From a virus (taxonomy: Duplodnaviria > Caudoviricetes): a stretch of DNA of 64,000 nucleotides. Under the pieces are notes generated by a model, which searched no databases, was not told the DNA's origin, and saw only the letters and a list, made by a program, of their open reading frames with translations. The translations under genes and the position numbers were made by a program. Location: positions 1 to 64,000 of the IMG/VR virus record IMGVR_UViG_3300034150_000083; one strand, 5' to 3'. This document shows, in pieces, positions 37,601 to 47,131 of this stretch. Every line of letters starts with the position of its first letter. The first letter of the stretch is position 1.

Positions 37601-40600
37601 CCAACCGAGGAGGAGTACCAGAAGGAGAAGGAACCCAAACCTGAACCCAAGGAAGAGGAACCCGGGGAGGAGCCGAAGTCGCCCGAGGAAGGCGAACAAA
37701 AGCGAACTGAACCGAACGAACCCGAACAAAAGCGAACTGAGGAAGAGCCGGGCGAGGAGCCGAAGTCACCGGAAGAGAAGCCGAAGCTGACCATCTCCCC
37801 CGAAGAAGCGCAGCTCAACAAGGACATGGGGCTGGATGAACTCATCGCCAGCATGATCGACGCGCTGGAGAACGGCACGGCGACCACCAATACGGTTGGG
37901 TATCGGTCCATCGCCGAAGACCTCGGCATCGAGAACACGCTCGAGGGTTTCAAGGAGTGGCTCGCCACCCAGCACGCGGCGGCTGCTACAACTGAAGAAG
38001 AACGTCCCGCCGAAGGCGATGTAAAGATCACCGTTGGCAAGATGCGTTCCGGTGGAGGTGGAGGTGGCGGTGGAAGAAGCAAAGGATCTCGGACCACTCG
38101 GACAGGACATACTGATTCACTGGAAGAAGTATCTCCCGAAGAAGACGGCAAGGCTGAAGAAGGAGGGGAGGCTGGAGCAGGAGGCGATCGAGGCCCAGGA
38201 ACAGACCCTGGACGCGGCCCATCTCCTGATAAAACAGAACCCGGGCCTGGACTGGGTACAGGCGATGCAACAGGTGAGGGAACAGTTCGCGTTCCTCCCG
38301 GTGGAGGAACAGTTCCTGGGGGCAAACGAAAAGTAGACAAGGCCGAATCCGGCCGCGACTTCAGGCTCACCGACGAAACCCTCGCCGATCTCGGCGGTCC
38401 CGCCGAGCGGTTCGAAGCCAACCTCGCCGCAATCGAACTCCTCAAGAAGCTTGAGAAGGAAGACCGCCTGCCCACGCCCGAGGAACAGCGGGTCCTCGCG
38501 CGGTACGTGGGATGGGGCGGCCTCTCGCAGGTAGCGTTCGCTTGGTCTGGCGACAGACTCATGGAGCAGCGGCGCGACCGCCTGCGACGGCTGCTCACCG
38601 ACGAGGAATACCGGGCGGCCAGCGCATCTTCCACGAACGCGCACTACACGTCGCTGCCCGTGGCGCGGCAAATCTGGGCGGGCCTCCAGCGGTTGGGCGT
38701 CAAGGCCGGGATGCGGATGCTTGAACCCTCGGCGGGCACCGGCATCTTCTTTGGTTCGCAGCCGGAATCGTTGCTGCCCGCCTGGCGCAACGGCGTCGAA
38801 CTCGATAACATCACCGCCGGCATTGCCAAGAAGCTCTACCCGGATTCGAAGATCCAGAACCTTGGCTATCAGAAGGCAGGCTTCCCGAACAACTACTTCC
38901 ACTACATCCTCGGGAACGTTCCATTCGGCAAGTACGGCGTGTCGGATCCGGCCTTCCGCGGCAAGCCATCGCTGACCAAGGCGATCCACAATTACTTCTT
39001 CGCCAAGGCGCTCGAGCAGGTCAAGCCCGGCGGCATCGTGGCGTTCGTCACCTCGCGCTACACGATGGATCAGATCGATTCGACGGTGCGCGCCGCACTC
39101 GCCGAGAAGGCCGATCTGATCGGAGCCATCAGACTCCCCGGCGGCCGGAAGGGCGCTTTCGCCGGCAACGCCGGGACGCAGGTCACCACCGACATCATCT
39201 TCCTCCGCCGCCGCCGCTCGGACGAGTCGCCGTCCGACGTGAAGTGGGTGAAGGCCACGGGCGCCGAGACCCGCGAGGGCGAGGACGAATTCAAGATCAA
39301 CGAGTACTTCGTTGCCAATCCCGACATGATGCTCGGGAAGATGACAACGAGCGGGTCGATGTACCGCCCGAACGAACTCACGCTCGAAGGGGAGTTCGAC
39401 GAGAACGACCTCGCCAAGGCGATCGCCAAACTGCCCGAGGGCGTGATGAACACCTCGGCGGATGGCGGCAAGACGTTCGATCCGGTCGCGCTCACAGAGG
39501 AGACCGCCAAGATCAAGCCCGGCGGATTCGGCGTAGACGAGAACGGGGTCCTCGTCCGGCGCACGGCGGAAGGCATCGTTCCGGCGAACGTCAAGCCGGA
39601 AGCCGAGAAGCGTATCCGCGGCATGATGGGCATCCGCGATGCGCTCAAGGCGGTCTACCGTTCGCAGCTCCTGGATAAGACCGACGAGGAACTCGCCGCG
39701 GCGCGCAAGGAGCTGAACAAGCTCTACGATGCCTTCGTCAAGGCATACGGCCCGGTGTCGAGTCCTAACAATGCCCGGGTATTCTCCGAGGATCCCGAGT
39801 ACCCGACGATCCGTTCGATCGAAGACTACGACTCCGACACCGGAAAGTCGAAGAAGCGCGACGTTTTCACCAAGCGCACCATCCCGATCTATCACCCGCC
39901 GGAAAGAGTGAGCAACGCGCAGGACGCGCTGGGTGTCGTCCTCGCCGAGCGCGGCTTCCTCGACTGGAAACGTCTCGAGTCCGTCACCAATAAAGACCGG
40001 GAGACCCTGCTTGAGGAACTGGGCGACCAGGTCTTCGAGAACCCGAGCGGCGATTGGGAAGTCTCCGACGAGTACCTGTCCGGCGAAGTCGTCAAGAAAC
40101 TGAAGGAGGCCGAGAGCGCCGCCAAGAGCGAACCCAACCGCTACGGCCGGAACGTGGAAGCTCTCAGAAAAGTTCAGCCCACTCCGCTGACCAAGGACGA
40201 GATCAACGTCAAGCCCGGCGCTTCCTGGATCCCCGGCAAGGACATCAAGGGGTTCATGGATGAAATCATCTTTGGCCTGACCGGATGGGATCTGAAGGGG
40301 AGCAAGGCGCGGGCTGACTACAGCCATGCCGCCGCTCAGTGGACGATCATCGCTCCCAGCAAACTGACGCGATCGACCCGCAACCAGGACTACAACCCGA
40401 ACTTCACCGCCGCCGAACTGTTCGAGATGTCCTTGAACACCAAGAAGCCCAAGGTCTATTTCAAGAAGACCCATCCGGACGAGAAGCCCCGGCTCAATAT
40501 GGAGGCCACGGCGAAGGCCGAGGACGCGCAGGAACGCTTGGTCGAAGCTTTCGAACAGTGGCTCTGGGCGGATGAGGCGCGCAAGAAGCGCCTGCTCGAT

Positions 40601-43600
40601 ACGTACAACGAAGAGTACAACGGCGTGCGCTTGTGGGAACCCAACGGGGAGCATCTGAAGTTCCCCGGCATGGCGCGGAGCATGCTGCGCGGCGAGGACC
40701 TCGACAAGCACCAGAAGAACGGGGTCTGGCGAATCATCAGGGCGGGGAACGCTCTCCTCGCCCACGTCGTAGGCGCGGGCAAGACCTTCACCATGATCGC
40801 CGCCGGCATGGAGATGAAGCGCATGGGCCTCATCGATAAGCCCATGTATGTGGTCCCGAACCATCTGGTGGAGCAGTGGGGCCAGGACTTCCTGAAGCTC
40901 TACCCGAACGCGAACATCCTGGTCGCCGATCCGGAAACGTTCGGCACCGGCCTGCGCCAGGAGACCGCCGGGAAGATCGCTGCGGGCAACTACGATGCGA
41001 TCATTCTCAGCCACAAGAGCTTTGAAGCGCTGCCCATTTCGGACGCCACCTTCCAGCGGTTCGTCGAGAAGGAGACGGCTGAGATCCTGGCCGAACTCGA
41101 CCGCCTGCAGGACATCAAAGCCGACAACGAAAAGAAGGGACCCACGGTCAAACGCCTGGAGACTCAGCTTGCCAACCTCCAGGCGCAACTGCTGAAGCGG
41201 GCCCTGATGGAAGCCAAGGACAAGGCCATCGAGTTCGAATCGCTGGGCGTCGACCAGTTGTTCGTCGACGAAGCCCACATGTTCAAGAACCTCGGCTTCT
41301 ACACCTCGATGGGCCGGGTGGCCGGACTGCCGCAGTCAAACGCCAACCGATCCTTCGACATGCTCATGAAGACGCAGTACCTGTCTGAGCGTCAGGGGAA
41401 TCGCGGCGTCGTCTTCGCGACCGGAACGCCGATCGCCAACTCCATGGCCGAGATGTACACCATGATGCGGTACTTGGCCGGACCCTACATGAAGGAGAAG
41501 GGTCTCGAAAAGTTCGACGCATGGGCCAGACAGTTCGGGCGCGTCGTACGCGCCGTGGAGCTTTCGCCCGAGGGCGGAAAGTTCCGGATGAACAACCGCT
41601 TCGCCAAGTTCGTCAACGTGGCGGATCTGGTGAAAGGCTTCCGCACGTTCGCTGACGTGAAGAACGTGGAGGACCTCAACCTCCCCCGGCCGGAACTGGA
41701 AGGAGGCAAGGCCGAGACCATCGTCAACCCGTCGCATCCGCTGCTCTCTGCATTCGTGCGGCTCTTGGGGAGGCGCGCCGAGATGATCCGCGGCGGCCAG
41801 GTCGATCCCAAAGACGACAACATGCTGAAGATCACCTTCGAGGGCCGCGTGGCCGCTCTCGATATCCGGCTCTACGCCGAGGCGGCGCTCGAGGAGGCGC
41901 GCTCGCTCAAGGACGACGTGATTCAGATTGAGACCCGCATCGAGTGGCTGGGGCAGGAGCGTCCTGGTGAAACGGTCCCGAACAGGAAGCGGCGTCTGGC
42001 CGATCTCGGCATCGCCAAGAAGGAACTGCATAAGGCCAAGGAACTCGTCATCGCCGTCGCGCCGTACCTGAAAGATCCAAGCCTCGTCCACAAGGAGAAG
42101 GGCGGCAAGATCACCATGGTGGCCGATAAGGTCGCCTCGATCTACAAGGAAACCGCCAAGGAGAAGTCCACGCAACTGGTCTTCCTCGATCTGGGCACGC
42201 CGAAGGAGAAGTCCAAGAAACGGCAGGCTGCCGAGGAGACCGCCGACAATCCCGACGAAATAGAGGTTGATGAAGAGGCCGAGGGCCGGGTCGCCGACGA
42301 AGAGGCCATGCAGGCCGCCGCGTATGACGAGATCAAGAAGAAGCTGATCGCCCAAGGCGTGAAGGCCGAAGAGATCGCGTTCATCCACGATGCCAAGAAC
42401 AAGGATCAAAAGCAGGCGCTGTTCAAGAAGGTGAACGCCGGGACCATCCGCATCCTGATCGGCTCGACCGAGAAGATGGGGGCCGGCACCAACGTGCAGG
42501 AGCGCCTCAAAGCTCTGCATCACGTCGACGTGCCATGGCGCCCGTCCGACATCGAGCAGCGCGAGGGCCGCATTCTCCGTCAGGGGAACACGAACGCCAG
42601 CGTGCGGATCTTCAACTACGCCTCCGAGGGCAGTTTCGACGTGTACATGTGGCAGACGATCGGCAGCAAAGCCGACATGATCCACACCGCGATGAGCGGC
42701 GATCTGTCGGTGCGCGAGATCGAAGACATGTCGACGATGGCTCTTTCCGCCAAGGAAACCATCGCGCTCTCCTCGGGCGATCCGGTAGTGCAGGAACGTC
42801 TCGATGTCGAGACCAAGGTAAACAAGCTCCGCCGGGAGAAGCGCAACAACCAGGACGCGCACCGGCAGTGGGCCGAGTCGCTGGCCAAGCTCGAGTGGCA
42901 GACTCAACGCAACAGGACCCGGCTGGAAGCCGCGAAATCGGCGGCTGAGAAAGTTGTGAAGTGGCTGGAGGAGAACCCGGAGACACCTCCGCGCAATTTC
43001 ACCGGGATCCCTACGGAGGAACTCACCAGCGCGCCGTTGTCCGAGCTGCTCACGAAAGTAAGTCAAGGTGGCGGCGGCCCGGTGGGAACGCTGGGTCCGT
43101 TCGAAATGAGTGTCGGCAAATCCGCGTTCGGCGGCGCGAGTCTCGAGGTGGAAGACGGGGTCGACGATTTCAGCACTTCGACCTGGACTCCGGGGCCGAA
43201 GGGGCGGGTTTCCCCAGAGGTGGCCAGGACTGTACTGGGTGCGCTGACCAACTACTGGAACTCACTTCCCGGCAAGGTTGACACCTATAAGGAATGGCTC
43301 GACCGGAGCCAGGCCGAACTCGACACCTTTGAAAGCGCCAAGCCGGACAAGTTCAAGAAGGAAGACGAACTGGCGGCGGCCGAGAAGCGGCTCGACGAGA
43401 TCACGGACGAGCTCGGCCTGATGGATGACGCGGCACCATCTGCCGAGGATGAAGGCGGCGACGAAGGCGGTGCGCCTGCGGGCGGGCCAGCCAGAGGCGG
43501 GCGAGGCCCGGCGCCAGCGCCAGCACCCAAGGGTCCTGCCCAGATGGGCTGGACGGGCGGGCTGACGGAATGGCAGGAGACCGTGCTCAAGGTGATCGGG

Positions 43601-46600
43601 CGCGGCATCACCCACGAGAACCTGCTCTATTCGGACGAGTACGCCGAGAAGCAGAAGGAATTCGACGAAGCCGTCGCCGATCTGATCAAGGCGGGCATCA
43701 TCGAGAAAGCCTACGCCCGCGCCGGCGGGGCCCTCTCCTACCGTCCGGTCAAGGGGGCCAAGAGCAATCTGGAGAAGCTCGACGCCGCGGGCAGGCTAGC
43801 CAGCGAGAGGCTCAAGCCGTTCCTCGGAGGTGGCACGCTCCACTCCACTCCCAAGCAACTCCCCGGCGTGATCCGCGACATGGCGATCTCCATAGCGGGC
43901 GACGTGGCCCGCCTGCTGATCAACGGGAAGAACTTCCTCGCCAAGATCGTTCAGAAGTTCGGCTCTGCCGCCCGGCCGATCGCGCGCCGCGTCTATCGCC
44001 GCGCCCTGCGGATCGTTCAGCGGTCCCGGCAAGCGGGCCAGGCGGTGTCGGCTGGATGGCGGCAAGGCGCGACGGCGGGCGCAGCGCCAGCGGCGGCCAC
44101 CCAACAGGCCACGCCTGCGACGGCCCCGGCCACGCCGGCAGCGCCGCTCTCGGCTTCCGCGCAGGCTCTCAAGGAATACCGGGAAGACGTGGAAGCCAGT
44201 GGCCGCCGCGTCGACAAGGGCACGCCTTGGTACACACGCCTGCGGGAACGGATGACCGAGTTGGGCCATTCGTTCACGCGCGAGTACACGCACCTTCCGC
44301 CGGGGGCCACCTACGCTCCGGTGCGGATGGAGCTGAAGAAGGTGAACGCGGCCAAGCAGAACTCCGAGCACCGCGCGCATCAGGCTCTCAAGGATCAGCT
44401 CGAAAGCATGACGGACAACCCGATTCAGCTCGAGCAGATGATGGACGTGATCGTGCTCGACGACCTCTGGTGGCGCGTCGAGACGCAGATGAACGATGGC
44501 TACCCCGTCGAGGATAGCGATCTGCCGTGGAACCTCACCAAGAAGAAACTCGCGCTGGCCCGGGCCGAGGCCCGGCGCGTAGCGGCGGCCAATCCGAAGA
44601 TCGACAAGGCGCTGCGGTTGCGCAAGGCCATGCAGCGCGAGATCCGGCTGCCGCTCATCAAAGCCTTCCGCGATGCCGGATACAAGGACCTCTCGGACGC
44701 ACTGTCGAACCCGGATTACTTCCGGCACCGCGTCATGGAGTACGAGGAGAAGCGGGACGAGGGCACTGGCGGCGGGCAGCGGTTCAAGCTCCCGGTGGGC
44801 CGAGGCTACCTGCGCAAAGCGTGGGTCAATCCGAAAGAGTACAGCCTCGACTACATGAGGACAGAGTGGCAAGTGATGAACCAGATGATGTTCGACACTT
44901 CGCGCGCTCAGTTCCTCGCCTACATCCGGAACCCGAAGAACAAACTGAACATCGCCAAGGACGTTCAGAAGAAGGCCGCCGAACTCAACAAAGACACGGT
45001 GATGCCGCACTTCGACCGCCTGGCGAAGCACTGGAACAAGACTCATCCGAAGGGCACCCAGCACACCGGCGAGACGATGTACCAGAAGGTCATGAAGTCG
45101 CACCCGCAGGACCCGGGCTACCGCGAGAGGCTCACCAAGCAACTCGCGGGCAAGCACTACATGACGTTCAAGAAGACGTTCAAGGCGTTCTTCGCCGACA
45201 CCCACGGGATCTATCAGCCCGTCGACGGCGAACACTTCTACCTTGCCAATTCGATCCCCGAGCAGATCGCCGAGGAAGCGGCGCTGAACGGCGTAGCCGA
45301 GGTCAAGAAGGAACAGATCCGGCGGGTTGTCGCGCGCGGCCAGCGGCGCGAGGAGCTGGTGCTCCCCAAGGAACTGATCAAGACCATCCAGGGATTCTCG
45401 AAACCGGAGGATCCCAAGAGCGCTTCCGCCATAGCCCAGAATGTCTGGGGCATTCCGACCAACTTGTGGAAGCAGTCCCGGCTGATCGGCCCGACGGGCG
45501 TCGTCATCTACAACGCCCGCAATGCGTCCGGCGATCTGTGGCGCGTCACCACTGTGCTGCCGAAAGCCTTCAAGCATCTGCCGCGCGTCTGGCGCGATCT
45601 CAAGGCGTTCCGCAAAACCGGGAAGCCGCCCAACAAAGAGTTCGAAGGATGGTGGCAGCGCGGCGGGTTCCAGTCCAACATCCAGAGCGCCGAGATGGGC
45701 GACATCAAGGTCGAGCGCAAGATGCGCGAGGCGCTGGTCGAGATCAATCCGACCATGAGCGAGCAGGCCAAGCGGGCGCTCTCGAAAACATGGGATGCCA
45801 TCTGGTGGGGCCGGAAGTATACCGACATGCGCGAGGCGCTGCTCCGCTACGCCACGTTCCTCGAGTTCCTCGAGCAGGTCAAGACGGGCGGGCGCCCGAC
45901 TACCTTCGCCGCCTCGCTCCGCGACGAGGTGATGGCGCTTACCAATCCCATGGACCGGGCCTACAAGCTCTCCAACGACATGATGCTCGCCTACGACGAA
46001 GTCTCGCCGGCGGGCAAGATCATCCGCAAGTACCCGATCCCGTTCTACAGTTTTACCGAACAGAACGCGCGCACCCACTGGCGGCTGATGAAGAACGCCG
46101 CGGCGGATGGCCGCGAGTCTGCCGCCTTGGGATACGCGCTGCTCGGCGGCACCCGGCAAGCCGTTCACATGGGTGTCGCCTCGTACATCTACATGGGCCG
46201 GACGGCGGCGCTGATGTCCGGACTGAAGATCCTCATGACCGCCATCAACTGGGGGCTGTGGGACGACGACGAAGACGACATTCCGGACTCGGTGAAGAAG
46301 GACACCCATATCCTGCTCGGCCGGGACTCCGAGGGCCGCGTGCTCGGGTTCACCAGAATCGGCCTGGTGGACGAACTGCTCGAGTGGGCGGGCCTCAACG
46401 CCGCGCCGTATTACGCGCGCGAATATCTGAATGGCCGGATGACGCTCCAGGAGTGGGCGGTCGAGACGGCGAAGGCCCCCTTCAATAAGTTTGCCGGCGG
46501 GCTGACGCCATGGTTCAAGTACCCGGCGGAACTGTGGGCGGGCAAGTCCATGTTCCCCGACGTGTTCAACCCGCGCACGATCAGGGACCGCGGCCAGTAC

Positions 46601-47131
46601 ATCTTCCGCGAACTCGGCCTGCTCTATCCCTACAACTACATGATGAAGAATCCGCAGCCGCCGCCGAGCTGGCGGAACCTGCTGAAGCTCGTCCTCTATA
46701 GTTGGGAACCGAAGCAGACCCACTACAACTCCTTCCGGTACGACAAAGTGCCGGGCTGGAGCGCCGAGCACGGCGGGATGAAGAGCCGCGGTGCCTACTC
46801 CGATTCGCCCGCCGCCGAAGCGCTCTATCTGATCCGCGAGTCGGTACGGTATGGCGATCACCGGGGCCTGATCCATGGACTCGATGACTACAAGAACGCC
46901 GGCGGCACGATCGAGAACCTGGAGAAGGCCATCGACCGCCTGCATCCGCTCGGCGCGCTCACCGAAGCTTCCCGTGAGGAATACAGAGCTTCCCTGCGCG
47001 GGAAGGAGAGGGCGCAACTTCACCAGGCGGAACTGTTCTGGAAGGTAAACTTTGACAATAAGCGGGCCGAACTAACAGCCGTCGCGGAATCGCGGAATCT
47101 GCCAGCCAAGAGAGTGAGGAAAAAGAAGTAA
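34613..47131 (+). CDS. giant polyvalent internal virion protein: N6-adenine methyltransferase-like + SNF2 helicase (DarB-like) + C-terminal LPD38-like region
   Basis: LARYVGWGGL, NAHYTS, LEPSAGTGIF, GNVPFG (MTase); AHVVGAGKT, FVDEAH, ATGTP, GAGTNVQ..PWRPSDIEQREGRILRQGN (SNF2); 4172 aa. Confidence 0.88.
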   Translation: MATWPKPAKAPFDLNGARADGYTDAEIADHLAKTNGFDLAGARGDGYSDLEIIGHLNKPPAMTELGAGLEMDRVMQGAVGAAPRPADQPKYNQYRDPTQQPVTPFYQREVPIPGTEKIGAPPPVEKALPPVDYTAWGGMPGAGARLRGMAGLQQVPGEEDQRIDMPDPATNLYQWGLRGATGTMAGLGAGLKELGTTPGGHRPKFIGLREAGEALENVSEKVGSYIPEQTPEEARMVGDKSFWDDPGQLLNPYYMTKHAGQAGGSMVAFMAPEVAFLSKAGLAISGARATALMSAAETLANSAEVYDDAINVKKLSPDEAHYLFMKNLPKDFPVTYGLNRIGLFNERLRNKKLKFGISQISEPLQEFGQGAVKNWTLDDPILKDAPENIMGGIMGGPVGAGLQIGSMRDPSHHEPESKELNWNNAIDMFPAAEPGQKAPGSYGIIPSLPTQSRYPPVGPQMAEQPGPEPSSLEGGPPPGGAPPGGAPPSAPTIVDTTAPDPSLKLQGEDLYADALKYAGNYTELGLGALVRKYGITRDEAAGLLQRFVSEGHFLPKPLKGGGVVYVNQAKKAEEEEIAGIFPAPEGEEEFNEDTVLPPVDIDKIVGESEGEAPPAGIPPTPAPPAPPAPPTAPAPPTQEQQAPPTQEEQAPPLQGQDALDAYNDFHRQLRELPPTPENDVARRELREQVAAVSEAANAHLQEMHDEVRRKAAEEQQAPPTQQPQPPTQQEQQPPPTEEEEQIGEEPESPEQQTPLPPDQPKAPAPAPTPPTQERKEGEQEQPGPEPSALEQEGPPPAPAAQPSRNLGWTTEDRVRAVLSYPGNEGMSEEEAREIVKKREAEGWYTPEPAAHPNQAAIDDLDNQIKAIRDAPSYTPGNEAEAQKIKDLWSKREALKRGEPAPQESKEEKPGPEPTSPEQEEEEVLDVRIGEPDADAYYDLSEKIAEAQKDPAFREDTREGQQLRDKVIDMERDRDFHKPAAIERARKQIEDEKAGKPPTEEEYQKEKEPKPEPKEEEPGEEPKSPEEGEQKRTEPNEPEQKRTEEEPGEEPKSPEEKPKLTISPEEAQLNKDMGLDELIASMIDALENGTATTNTVGYRSIAEDLGIENTLEGFKEWLATQHAAAATTEEERPAEGDVKITVGKMRSGGGGGGGGRSKGSRTTRTGHTDSLEEVSPEEDGKAEEGGEAGAGGDRGPGTDPGRGPSPDKTEPGPGLGTGDATGEGTVRVPPGGGTVPGGKRKVDKAESGRDFRLTDETLADLGGPAERFEANLAAIELLKKLEKEDRLPTPEEQRVLARYVGWGGLSQVAFAWSGDRLMEQRRDRLRRLLTDEEYRAASASSTNAHYTSLPVARQIWAGLQRLGVKAGMRMLEPSAGTGIFFGSQPESLLPAWRNGVELDNITAGIAKKLYPDSKIQNLGYQKAGFPNNYFHYILGNVPFGKYGVSDPAFRGKPSLTKAIHNYFFAKALEQVKPGGIVAFVTSRYTMDQIDSTVRAALAEKADLIGAIRLPGGRKGAFAGNAGTQVTTDIIFLRRRRSDESPSDVKWVKATGAETREGEDEFKINEYFVANPDMMLGKMTTSGSMYRPNELTLEGEFDENDLAKAIAKLPEGVMNTSADGGKTFDPVALTEETAKIKPGGFGVDENGVLVRRTAEGIVPANVKPEAEKRIRGMMGIRDALKAVYRSQLLDKTDEELAAARKELNKLYDAFVKAYGPVSSPNNARVFSEDPEYPTIRSIEDYDSDTGKSKKRDVFTKRTIPIYHPPERVSNAQDALGVVLAERGFLDWKRLESVTNKDRETLLEELGDQVFENPSGDWEVSDEYLSGEVVKKLKEAESAAKSEPNRYGRNVEALRKVQPTPLTKDEINVKPGASWIPGKDIKGFMDEIIFGLTGWDLKGSKARADYSHAAAQWTIIAPSKLTRSTRNQDYNPNFTAAELFEMSLNTKKPKVYFKKTHPDEKPRLNMEATAKAEDAQERLVEAFEQWLWADEARKKRLLDTYNEEYNGVRLWEPNGEHLKFPGMARSMLRGEDLDKHQKNGVWRIIRAGNALLAHVVGAGKTFTMIAAGMEMKRMGLIDKPMYVVPNHLVEQWGQDFLKLYPNANILVADPETFGTGLRQETAGKIAAGNYDAIILSHKSFEALPISDATFQRFVEKETAEILAELDRLQDIKADNEKKGPTVKRLETQLANLQAQLLKRALMEAKDKAIEFESLGVDQLFVDEAHMFKNLGFYTSMGRVAGLPQSNANRSFDMLMKTQYLSERQGNRGVVFATGTPIANSMAEMYTMMRYLAGPYMKEKGLEKFDAWARQFGRVVRAVELSPEGGKFRMNNRFAKFVNVADLVKGFRTFADVKNVEDLNLPRPELEGGKAETIVNPSHPLLSAFVRLLGRRAEMIRGGQVDPKDDNMLKITFEGRVAALDIRLYAEAALEEARSLKDDVIQIETRIEWLGQERPGETVPNRKRRLADLGIAKKELHKAKELVIAVAPYLKDPSLVHKEKGGKITMVADKVASIYKETAKEKSTQLVFLDLGTPKEKSKKRQAAEETADNPDEIEVDEEAEGRVADEEAMQAAAYDEIKKKLIAQGVKAEEIAFIHDAKNKDQKQALFKKVNAGTIRILIGSTEKMGAGTNVQERLKALHHVDVPWRPSDIEQREGRILRQGNTNASVRIFNYASEGSFDVYMWQTIGSKADMIHTAMSGDLSVREIEDMSTMALSAKETIALSSGDPVVQERLDVETKVNKLRREKRNNQDAHRQWAESLAKLEWQTQRNRTRLEAAKSAAEKVVKWLEENPETPPRNFTGIPTEELTSAPLSELLTKVSQGGGGPVGTLGPFEMSVGKSAFGGASLEVEDGVDDFSTSTWTPGPKGRVSPEVARTVLGALTNYWNSLPGKVDTYKEWLDRSQAELDTFESAKPDKFKKEDELAAAEKRLDEITDELGLMDDAAPSAEDEGGDEGGAPAGGPARGGRGPAPAPAPKGPAQMGWTGGLTEWQETVLKVIGRGITHENLLYSDEYAEKQKEFDEAVADLIKAGIIEKAYARAGGALSYRPVKGAKSNLEKLDAAGRLASERLKPFLGGGTLHSTPKQLPGVIRDMAISIAGDVARLLINGKNFLAKIVQKFGSAARPIARRVYRRALRIVQRSRQAGQAVSAGWRQGATAGAAPAAATQQATPATAPATPAAPLSASAQALKEYREDVEASGRRVDKGTPWYTRLRERMTELGHSFTREYTHLPPGATYAPVRMELKKVNAAKQNSEHRAHQALKDQLESMTDNPIQLEQMMDVIVLDDLWWRVETQMNDGYPVEDSDLPWNLTKKKLALARAEARRVAAANPKIDKALRLRKAMQREIRLPLIKAFRDAGYKDLSDALSNPDYFRHRVMEYEEKRDEGTGGGQRFKLPVGRGYLRKAWVNPKEYSLDYMRTEWQVMNQMMFDTSRAQFLAYIRNPKNKLNIAKDVQKKAAELNKDTVMPHFDRLAKHWNKTHPKGTQHTGETMYQKVMKSHPQDPGYRERLTKQLAGKHYMTFKKTFKAFFADTHGIYQPVDGEHFYLANSIPEQIAEEAALNGVAEVKKEQIRRVVARGQRREELVLPKELIKTIQGFSKPEDPKSASAIAQNVWGIPTNLWKQSRLIGPTGVVIYNARNASGDLWRVTTVLPKAFKHLPRVWRDLKAFRKTGKPPNKEFEGWWQRGGFQSNIQSAEMGDIKVERKMREALVEINPTMSEQAKRALSKTWDAIWWGRKYTDMREALLRYATFLEFLEQVKTGGRPTTFAASLRDEVMALTNPMDRAYKLSNDMMLAYDEVSPAGKIIRKYPIPFYSFTEQNARTHWRLMKNAAADGRESAALGYALLGGTRQAVHMGVASYIYMGRTAALMSGLKILMTAINWGLWDDDEDDIPDSVKKDTHILLGRDSEGRVLGFTRIGLVDELLEWAGLNAAPYYAREYLNGRMTLQEWAVETAKAPFNKFAGGLTPWFKYPAELWAGKSMFPDVFNPRTIRDRGQYIFRELGLLYPYNYMMKNPQPPPSWRNLLKLVLYSWEPKQTHYNSFRYDKVPGWSAEHGGMKSRGAYSDSPAAEALYLIRESVRYGDHRGLIHGLDDYKNAGGTIENLEKAIDRLHPLGALTEASREEYRASLRGKERAQLHQAELFWKVNFDNKRAELTAVAESRNLPAKRVRKKK
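38070..38336 (+). CDS. overprinted TnpV-like small protein in the +1 frame of the giant gene (alternative start 38064)
   Basis: Tandem GGAGG at 38054 and 38060 each 5 nt before an in-frame GTG; 67 of 88 codons end in G/C versus about 25 of 89 in the host frame; LGPLGQDILIHWKKYLPKKTARLKKEGRLEQEA resembles TnpV-type proteins. Confidence 0.65.
   Translation: MEEAKDLGPLGQDILIHWKKYLPKKTARLKKEGRLEQEAIEAQEQTLDAAHLLIKQNPGLDWVQAMQQVREQFAFLPVEEQFLGANEK

Noticed and set aside
38117-47023. Very long minus ORFs (38117-41278, 41336-43066, 43796-47023) opposite the giant gene
   Set aside because: Antisense shadows; no SD, no recognisable motifs
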